The notes under the pieces: model-generated
What the model saw: only the letters and a program-made list of their open reading frames with translations
The model's database searches: none
Told to the model about the DNA's origin: nothing
Source: Candidatus Latescibacterota bacterium
GTDB lineage: Bacteria; Latescibacterota; UBA2968
Length of the DNA: 64,000 nucleotides
Direction: 5' to 3'
Assembly (NCBI GenBank): GCA_965222605.1
Contig: OZ244960.1
Coordinates: forward strand, 3,392,001-3,456,000
Part shown: positions 56,890-64,000 of the stretch, piece by piece
Layout of the letters: each line of letters starts with the position of its first letter
How positions within the stretch are numbered: the stretch's first letter is position 1
Position numbers and translations under genes: made by a program

Positions 56890-58625
56890 ATAATGCTATG
56901 GAGATCCTCACTGAGCCCAGCGTGTGGGTGCCGATGCGCGACGGCGTGCGGATGGAGGCGCATGTGTTCCGCCCCGATGTAGATGGGCGCTTCCCCGGGA
57001 TCCTGCTGCGCACGCCATACGGTCGTCCGAAGTCCGGATTTGAGCGTTACGTGCGCGCCGGTTACGCCGTGGTGACTATGGACTCGCGCGGGCGCTACGG
57101 ATCTGAGGGCAACTGGGTACCGTTTACCGTGGCGCACACCGGGGATGCCGAAGACGGTTACGACTCTGTAGAGTGGCTGGCGGCGCAGCCCTGGTGCAAT
57201 GGCAGGGTCGGCACTCTCGGAGCCTCTTATAACGCCTGGATGCAGTGGCAACTGGCCAAATTGCGCCCGCCGCACCTGATGGCGATGTGTGCGTACACCA
57301 TTCCACTGGAATTGACAGAGGTCGATTGGCCGGGCGGGTTCCGCCCGGGACGGCGCATCAAGTGGTGGCTCACCTCCATGGCGCCGGACCTTCGGCGACG
57401 CCAGGGATTGCCGCCGCCGCACACGCCAGCGGAAGCGCTACAGGAATGGAACGAGAATGGCGAGAGCCAATGGCTCGACTACCTGCCGTGGCTCGACTTC
57501 CCGCGCCACCTGCCGCCGGGGCTGGCGGAGTACGCGAGAGACTGGCTTGAGCACCCAAACCGGCGGGCATGGAGGTTCGACGAGGTACACGGGGAAGTCG
57601 CGGTGCCAAATCTCGACTTCAGCGGCTGGTACGACCACTGCAACGGCTCGATGCGGCATCTGCAACTGATGCAGCGCAACGGTCGCACCGAGCGTGCGCG
57701 GTCGCAGACAAAGCTGGTCGCCGGTCCGTGGAACCATCCGAGTCTCGGTAGCCGCCAGGTGGCCGGGTTCGATTTCGGCCCGCAGGCCGAGCTCGACCTG
57801 CCGGACCTGATCATTCGCTGGTTCGACTACTGGCTCAAAGAAGCCGACAATGGCATCGACCGCGAGCCAGCAGTGCGCTATTTCGCGATGGCAGGGCAGC
57901 GGGGATACTGGCGCTCGGCCGATACCTGGCCGCCGGATGACACGACACCTTGCGCGTATCTGTTGAGCAGCGACGGCAATGCCGGGTTTGGCGGCTCCGG
58001 GCGGCTCTCAGTTGACGGTGGAAATGACGGTGTCGAGATCGATCGCTTCGACTACGACCCTCACAACCCGGTGCCAACCTTGTGGACGAAGGAGTTGTTT
58101 ACGGGTCCGTCGGACCGGCGCCGGGTGGAGGATCGCGATGACATCCTCTGCTACCGCTCTGAGCCTCTGACCGAACCCGTGGAGATTGCTGGCTATCCAG
58201 AAGCTGTCCTCTTTGTCAGTTCGTCAGCGCCAGATACGGACTTCTTTGCGCGCCTAATTGACGAGCACCCGCCCACAGACGGAGACCAGGCTCCCGCGCT
58301 GGAGATATGCTACGGCATGGTGCGCGCGCGTCACCGCAACGGCCTCGATACTGAAGAGCTGTTGGAATTGGGGACGGTGGTGGAATTGCGCATCCAACTC
58401 GGACCAACGGCCTGCCGTTTCGAGCCGGGCCATCGCATTCGTCTGGAGATCACATCCAGCGACTTCCCCAACCACGACCGCAACCACAACACGGGAAAAA
58501 ACGATCTGGCCGATACCGAGCTGGTGAGGGCGACGAATGCCGTACATCACTCGGCAGCCCATCCTTCTCGGCTCGTGCTCCCCGTCGCTTCCCACCCACC
58601 CCCGGCAATCCCAACGGCCGACTGA
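56886..58625 (+). CDS. CocE/NonD family serine hydrolase
   Basis: MRDGVR, RTPY, RGRYGSEG, GASY, GWYD, GPWNH, YDPHNPVPT. Confidence 0.93.
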   Translation: MNNAMEILTEPSVWVPMRDGVRMEAHVFRPDVDGRFPGILLRTPYGRPKSGFERYVRAGYAVVTMDSRGRYGSEGNWVPFTVAHTGDAEDGYDSVEWLAAQPWCNGRVGTLGASYNAWMQWQLAKLRPPHLMAMCAYTIPLELTEVDWPGGFRPGRRIKWWLTSMAPDLRRRQGLPPPHTPAEALQEWNENGESQWLDYLPWLDFPRHLPPGLAEYARDWLEHPNRRAWRFDEVHGEVAVPNLDFSGWYDHCNGSMRHLQLMQRNGRTERARSQTKLVAGPWNHPSLGSRQVAGFDFGPQAELDLPDLIIRWFDYWLKEADNGIDREPAVRYFAMAGQRGYWRSADTWPPDDTTPCAYLLSSDGNAGFGGSGRLSVDGGNDGVEIDRFDYDPHNPVPTLWTKELFTGPSDRRRVEDRDDILCYRSEPLTEPVEIAGYPEAVLFVSSSAPDTDFFARLIDEHPPTDGDQAPALEICYGMVRARHRNGLDTEELLELGTVVELRIQLGPTACRFEPGHRIRLEITSSDFPNHDRNHNTGKNDLADTELVRATNAVHHSAAHPSRLVLPVASHPPPAIPTAD

Positions 58626-58633
58626 GCACACCC

Positions 58634-60016
58634 ATGCCCCAAATCGGATCGGCTTCCCGCAGCCCTACAACTCCCATAGATCAGGCTCCTGTCCTGCGCC
58701 ATGTCTGGGCTATTGCCTGGCCAGTGGTGGCTGCTTCGATGCTCGATGCAACGGAGGGCCTCATCGATATCTCCATGGTCGGGCAGCTGGGTCCGGCTGC
58801 GATTTCAGCGGTGGGACTCAGTCGGCAAATTTTGTTTCTGACGATGGTAATGGCGATGTCGATCAGCACCGGGTCGCGTACCCTGGTCGCCCAATTTTAC
58901 GGGGCCGAGCGCCACAAAGACCTCAGTCATACGGCGCAACAGGCCATTCTGATGGGGGCACTGCTGTCCGTTGTCCTGGCTTTGCTCGGGGGCTTGATCG
59001 CCCGCCCCACGTTGATCTTGTTGGGTGCACAGCCCGATGTGCTCGGCCATGCCGTGCCCTTCCTGCGCATCTATTTTGGCGGCGTCATCTTCATGATGCT
59101 CAATTTTATCATCAGCGCGATTTTTGGCGGTGCCGGTGATACTCGAACGCCGTTAAAAATTTCGTGTCTCATCATAAGTTTGAAGATCCCCCTCACCTAT
59201 GGCTTGATCTTTGGTGTCTGGGGGCTACCGCAGTTGGGGGTTTGTGGCGCTGCACTTGGTACGCTCGTTTCGCGGGCTGTCGGTTGTATTGTCGGTTTCT
59301 GGCTGCTTACTTCCGGGCGCTCGCGTGTGCGTATGCGCTGGACCTGGCGGGTGTCTATTAACCGCGATATTATCGGGCAGATGATGCGAATCGGGGTGCC
59401 AGCGGGAATTCAGGGATTTTTCCGCAATGGTGCTCGCATCCTGTTTTATCGGGTGGCGGGTTGGACCTCGCAGCCCACTACTGCAGTCGCCGCGCTGACG
59501 ATCGGCCTGCAAATGCGGATGATCGGCATCATGCCAGCTCTGGCTTTCGCTGTAGCAGCAACCGCACTGGTTGGCCAACGATTGGGCGCAAAGCAAATAC
59601 TGCAAGCGGAACGCTTTGGGGCCAGCACGATCCGCCTCTGCATGATGTTTATCGGTTTTTGCGCCATTATTATCTGTATCTTCGCCCGTGAAATCGTCGA
59701 TCTGTTCACCGATTCGGTAGCCGTTATTGATATGGGCTATATCATGCTCTGGTTTTTTACGATTGCGCAGGTTTTCTCCGGGTTGTCCATCGTGGCCGGA
59801 GGCGTCCTGGCGGGTGGTGGTGAGACCAAGCCCCCGCTTTACTACACGATTGTGGCGCAATGGATGGTCATGCTGCCGTTGTCCTATGTTCTGGCTTTTC
59901 TGTTTGGGATGGATACCCTCGGCATCTGGATTGCCTGGCTGCTTGGTGGCATCATCCAGGGCGTTTTGGTCTGGGCGCGCTATCTAAAGGGCATCTGGAA
60001 ACAGACAGTGATATGA
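58634..60016 (+). CDS. MATE family transporter
   Basis: DISMVGQLG, GAGDTRTP, LGVCGAALGT, VGQRLGA; about 12 TM segments. Confidence 0.93.
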   Translation: MPQIGSASRSPTTPIDQAPVLRHVWAIAWPVVAASMLDATEGLIDISMVGQLGPAAISAVGLSRQILFLTMVMAMSISTGSRTLVAQFYGAERHKDLSHTAQQAILMGALLSVVLALLGGLIARPTLILLGAQPDVLGHAVPFLRIYFGGVIFMMLNFIISAIFGGAGDTRTPLKISCLIISLKIPLTYGLIFGVWGLPQLGVCGAALGTLVSRAVGCIVGFWLLTSGRSRVRMRWTWRVSINRDIIGQMMRIGVPAGIQGFFRNGARILFYRVAGWTSQPTTAVAALTIGLQMRMIGIMPALAFAVAATALVGQRLGAKQILQAERFGASTIRLCMMFIGFCAIIICIFAREIVDLFTDSVAVIDMGYIMLWFFTIAQVFSGLSIVAGGVLAGGGETKPPLYYTIVAQWMVMLPLSYVLAFLFGMDTLGIWIAWLLGGIIQGVLVWARYLKGIWKQTVI

Positions 60017-60042
60017 GGATTACTGGCAACTCCTCGACCGCT

Positions 60043-60870
60043 TCACTTTCTATCTGGGATTTCGTCGCCATCGGGACGGGGGATGTGTTGCCAGTAGCCC
60101 GAAGGATCAATGCCGCGGCATAAGACCGCGGGTGCGCGGTTGGTTTCTCGGGTGCGGACTTCGGGGGGCATGTAGCGCAGGGTCAGGCCGCAGCGACGCC
60201 GTTGCGAGGTGTTGGGTCTGGAGCCGTGTAGCAATAAGTCGGAGTGTATGGAGATTTGTCCGGCTTTCATGATTAAGGGTACGGGGTCGCCAAATTTTTC
60301 GGCGTGGTGAACAGATTGTCCAAGGACGTTATTTTCTTCTAATTTGCTGCGTTCAAAAGGTATTTGTCCGTGGAGATGCGAGCCGGGTATGACTTCCATG
60401 GGGGCGTTTGCCAGGTCAACATCGTCGATGGCGAGCCAGACAGTTGCGGTTTTGGATGGTGTGAGTGGCCAGTAAGATGCGTCCTGGTGAAAGGCGACTT
60501 TTTTCCCATCTCCGGGCATTTTGCTGAAGTAGTGGGTCATGCGCGAGACGAGATTAGGGCCGAGGAGGTCTTCGACATAGTCGAGGATGCGATTATCGAC
60601 GAGCAGGTCGTAGATGCCTTTACAACTGCGGTGCCATCCGTTGATTGAGTAGCTGTTTTTGCCCGCTGCTTGTGCTTTGTTCATGAGTTTGTCAAAATAC
60701 GCGCGATTGGCTTCGGCTTCTTTTTTCGTGAAGACATCGAGGGGGAAGATGTATCCCTTTTCGTTGAATTGCTGGATTTGCTCTCGCGTCAGTTTTTTGG
60801 GCGCGTCAGTTTTTGCTGGGTAAAATTTTAGTTCCCGTTTCATGTTGGGAAGGGCGTCGGTTATGGGCAT
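60043..60870 (-). CDS. Phytanoyl-CoA dioxygenase family
   Basis: FHQDASYW, VWLAIDD, IPGSH, LLHGS, RRCGLTLRY. Confidence 0.92.
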   Translation of the reverse strand: MPITDALPNMKRELKFYPAKTDAPKKLTREQIQQFNEKGYIFPLDVFTKKEAEANRAYFDKLMNKAQAAGKNSYSINGWHRSCKGIYDLLVDNRILDYVEDLLGPNLVSRMTHYFSKMPGDGKKVAFHQDASYWPLTPSKTATVWLAIDDVDLANAPMEVIPGSHLHGQIPFERSKLEENNVLGQSVHHAEKFGDPVPLIMKAGQISIHSDLLLHGSRPNTSQRRRCGLTLRYMPPEVRTRETNRAPAVLCRGIDPSGYWQHIPRPDGDEIPDRK

Positions 60871-60883
60871 GGTTTCTCCTTTG

Positions 60884-63304
60884 TCATCCTGATCCGCCGT
60901 AAAAAAAGACTACTTCTCGCGTTGCCTTTTCTCCGCTTACTTTGTCCTGTACGGTGATTTCTACCACATTTACCCCTGGTTTGGCCTTTTTCAGATCCAG
61001 TTCTACGTATTCGCGTTCTTCTTCGTCGGTTCCCACCTGTTCGTAGGTTACGGAGATTTGGGGTTTTCGCTGCCGTAGAAGTGTGCGGATTCCCGAGGTG
61101 ATGACGCCTGCGAGGCCTATGGTGTTGCGCGGGTTAAATTGTACGCGGTACTGCACTTTGTAGCGGGTTTGCCCGAAGGTGTCGCGCTTCAAATTGTAGA
61201 TTTCAAAATAGGCAAATACCCGACTGCCCAGAGGGTAGCTTCGGGAGGCCATTGGGGATACGTAGATGTCTTTTTTTTGCAGGCGGTCGTTGGTGCCTGT
61301 CTCGGTGATTGAGGAGGCCAACTGGATGCCGCTGATTTTTACGCCTGCGGAGTCAAAATTAGAAACTGTGAGTTCCTGTTTATAAGCGCCCACGCGCCCG
61401 GATAATTCGTCTTCTAACTGGACTTGAAGCTGATATTTTTCTCCGGGAGATGCCTCAATGCGTATCACATCGGGAATGAAGACGCCCCGGTTTTTAGGGA
61501 ATTCCCGGCTGTTTTGATAGGATAGTACCTCGTGTGCGCGGTAAATATTTTCGTGGCTTAGATCCGATAGGGCAAGGGTGGCTTTTGTGTGTATGAGATA
61601 ATCGCTATCGCCTTTCCCCACTGTGACTTCTGCTGGTGGTACCCCGTAATATACCTCTATAATGGTCTTGCCATTCGTTCCGCGGAAATCCGCGACGTCG
61701 TAAAAGAAATGGAGGGCGTCTTTGCCCACGCTGGGGCGATAATAGTCGGGTACGACGGAGATTGATTGCTGATAGATTACCCCGGGCGCGTATTCCATCA
61801 TCCGCGCCACGCTGGCGATGCGGTTGTCGCTTTGGGGCAAGGGCGGCATGGGCGCGAAATCAAAATGTCCGTTTCCGACTTCGTCGGTAAAGGTAAATTC
61901 TACGCCGCCTTGCAGTTGTGTATATGTCCAGGTTTCCCAGGGTACGGTTTCGAATTCGCGGTCTGATGTTACGGGGCTGTAATTCAAAAAACGTTGCTCT
62001 GTTCGGGGGGCAACGGATAGATCAAATGGACTGGATGCGACCAGGTCGGGTATTTCAAATTGAAATCCCAGAGTTTCTGCCTCTTCTCCGGGGTTCAGGG
62101 CGAGGATGGCGTCGTCTTCTCCTGCGTCTGTGCCAAATACGCCGGTGTTCAGACTTTGGTTTGTGATATTGCCTTCAAACGGCTTGCGCTGGCTGCGTAT
62201 GGGAAAGACCGGTCCCGTGAATGTGTAATAGGTTGCCGCTGGTCCCCAGATATCGGCTGCCATTCGGTTGCGAACGGCTTCTACTTCTGGCGATGTTACA
62301 AATTCGCGCTGGTTGGAGCGAGACCGATAATCGGGTTCGCCGTACCGGATATAGACTTCGCCCCTCTGGTCCCAGGGGCTGATTTTTTTAGAAAGAAAAG
62401 TGCGCGCATACCATACACGCCGGTAGTGTTCTACGATGCGTTCGTTGATTTGGGTCAGGATATCCGAATCTCGCCGCCGCCAGAACTTGTGCAGATAGTC
62501 CAGTTTTTCAGATTCCTCGGATAGGCTCTGAAATGCGTGCCATTCTTTTTCCGAAGCTACGAGAGATATGTCGGTGTAATAGGCGCGTTCGCTTTCGTCA
62601 ACGCGCTGTAAATAGCGTTCGAAATAGTTCAGGGATAGGCGGTGTTCTTTTTGATAAAAATGGCCTATGGCTGCCAGAGGTAAGAGGCGGAGTTCGGGGT
62701 CGTGCGCGTTGATATAGGGGATGATGTGCGCCGCAATCAGGTCGTGTTGATCGGCCTGTACGCAGGCCAGGCCGAAATAGTACAGTCCGTCGGGATTATC
62801 CGATTCCACCTGGATATATTTTAGATAGTAATCTACGGCTTTCTGGTGGTCTTCCCGAAACCGCTCGTACAATTCGCCCAGGAGCCGGTACGCAGGCCCA
62901 TAAGTCGAGTCGAGTTTGGTCGCTCGTTTGGCCTCGCCTATGGCTTTGCGGAAATTGCTATAAGCCGATAGGCCCGAAGCCGGGCGTTCGGCATAAACCA
63001 GTCCCAGCCCCACATACGCTTCTACCAAATTTTGATCCAGTTTTTTGGCTGTTTTGAAAGCGGCTTCCGCTTTTTCAAAGTCGCGGTTTTTTAAGTACGC
63101 ATAGCCCAGGCGAGATTGGAGTTGGGCGTCTTTGGGGAAGGCTTTGGTTAAGTTCGAGAATGTCGCAACGGCGGCTTCTGCCTGCCCTTCCCGAAGGTAC
63201 TTTTGCCCCAGGGTCAACAGGGAGTCCCGCTGGTCTGCTGCTGCCTGATTCCAGCACAGGATACATAGAAGCGCGTAGAGAATACAGATTCGAGATCGTC
63301 TCAT
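60884..63304 (-). CDS. TPR + GWxTD domain protein
   Basis: Signal peptide, TPRs, FWRRRD..NER.VEHYRRVWYA, WDQRGEVYIRYGEPD, YFEIYNL. Confidence 0.87.
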   Translation of the reverse strand: MRRSRICILYALLCILCWNQAAADQRDSLLTLGQKYLREGQAEAAVATFSNLTKAFPKDAQLQSRLGYAYLKNRDFEKAEAAFKTAKKLDQNLVEAYVGLGLVYAERPASGLSAYSNFRKAIGEAKRATKLDSTYGPAYRLLGELYERFREDHQKAVDYYLKYIQVESDNPDGLYYFGLACVQADQHDLIAAHIIPYINAHDPELRLLPLAAIGHFYQKEHRLSLNYFERYLQRVDESERAYYTDISLVASEKEWHAFQSLSEESEKLDYLHKFWRRRDSDILTQINERIVEHYRRVWYARTFLSKKISPWDQRGEVYIRYGEPDYRSRSNQREFVTSPEVEAVRNRMAADIWGPAATYYTFTGPVFPIRSQRKPFEGNITNQSLNTGVFGTDAGEDDAILALNPGEEAETLGFQFEIPDLVASSPFDLSVAPRTEQRFLNYSPVTSDREFETVPWETWTYTQLQGGVEFTFTDEVGNGHFDFAPMPPLPQSDNRIASVARMMEYAPGVIYQQSISVVPDYYRPSVGKDALHFFYDVADFRGTNGKTIIEVYYGVPPAEVTVGKGDSDYLIHTKATLALSDLSHENIYRAHEVLSYQNSREFPKNRGVFIPDVIRIEASPGEKYQLQVQLEDELSGRVGAYKQELTVSNFDSAGVKISGIQLASSITETGTNDRLQKKDIYVSPMASRSYPLGSRVFAYFEIYNLKRDTFGQTRYKVQYRVQFNPRNTIGLAGVITSGIRTLLRQRKPQISVTYEQVGTDEEEREYVELDLKKAKPGVNVVEITVQDKVSGEKATREVVFFYGGSG

Positions 63305-63514
63305 TAGAAAACCCTCCGACTGTGCGTCGCATTACTATAATGCAAGTTTATGAAAAATTGTTTATAAGCGCAACCCTATCCTTGATAAAAGTATTAATCA
63401 ATGGTGCGGGTTATTCATGCCGGAATAGGTTTTTATCCGGGCGATGAGCCTTCTTCGATATCGAGTTCAACACATGCTTTGATTGCCAATGGGGTTGAAA
63501 TAGACGTTGAACAG

Positions 63515-63636
63515 GTGCATCCTGCTGTATGCAGTGCATCCCATCGGATGCATCTTACTTATCTTTATATAAATCAGGTATTTATTTGTATTTCACTTAA
63601 ATAAGCGGTTATAAGTGCATCCTGGCGGATGCACTT
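63515..63636. promoter_or_regulatory. Three copies of palindrome GTGCATCC-N4-GGATGCAC (candidate activator/operator sites)
   Basis: 63515 gtgcatcc-tgct-gtatgcag; 63534 gtgcatcc-catc-ggatgcat; 63615 gtgcatcc-tggc-ggatgcac. Confidence 0.65.
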
Positions 63637-63743
63637 GCGCCAGAATCTCGCAGGTGTAGCACAAATAATTCTTAATTTTTATCTCTTTGTTTTTCAAGCA
63701 CTTGAAGACATTCAAGGGCTTTTTTTTTGTACCGAATGGTTTT

Positions 63744-63758
63744 TGGCACGCATTTTGC
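63744..63758 (+). promoter_or_regulatory. sigma54 (-24/-12) promoter
   Basis: TGGCAC-GCATT-TTGC with exact spacing; IHF-like tttcaagcacttg at 63692-63704. Confidence 0.75.
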
Positions 63759-63969
63759 GACATTTGCGACATGGAAATCCTATTGACCACGGCCTCATCT
63801 CGCATACCTGAAAAATCACCAGGTACAGCAAGCGTGTGAATTGTGTGAAAAGAGGTTCTTGACAAAGAGCATTGAATTATGCAGATTAGTTCCCAAATTA
63901 AAACAAACGTATGTTTGATCTGTTTTTCATCAATTCCACCCTCGATCTTTCATGAAAGGAAAGGTAAAG

Positions 63970-64000
63970 ATGGTTCGTACAGAAACTTCCGTTTTCACCG
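63970..64000 (+). CDS. Start of a gene running off the window
   Basis: GAAAGG upstream, ATG GTT CGT ACA...; only 10 codons visible. Confidence 0.4.
   Translation, partial: MVRTETSVFT

Overview
Catabolic and accessory region of a Gram-negative bacterium. The mix of internalin-like LRR proteins with EF-hand/dockerin-like heads, four PhyH dioxygenases, sulfatases, GWxTD proteins, DUF6785-type transporters and a TonB receptor/T9SS-cargo/PorV trio suggests an FCB-superphylum organism such as Latescibacterota, possibly host- or sponge-associated. This taxonomy is inference only. The window holds two tandem LRR genes, housekeeping fumarase and ackA, many glycan-, sulfate-ester- and small-molecule-degrading enzymes, an 18-kb divergent PUL-like locus without SusD, three IS elements (IS701, IS3, IS982), several toxin-antitoxin modules (two with the toxin deleted) and a decayed sigma54 activator. 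The most unusual signal is in the IS701 transposase. It is interrupted by five 25-30 bp hairpin mini-insertions of three related types (CCTG-Y-Y-TG...CAGGCARG) with conserved stems, variable loops and no target duplication, one nested inside another. Removing exactly these 134 bp restores a continuous 338-aa transposase, and I saw no copies elsewhere in the window. Next to it lies a candidate ~160-nt structured ncRNA with its own sigma70 promoter and terminator. The window ends with a sigma54 promoter preceded by three copies of a 20-bp palindrome. No CRISPR array, rRNA or tRNA was seen. All family assignments come from motif recognition by eye, not database searches.
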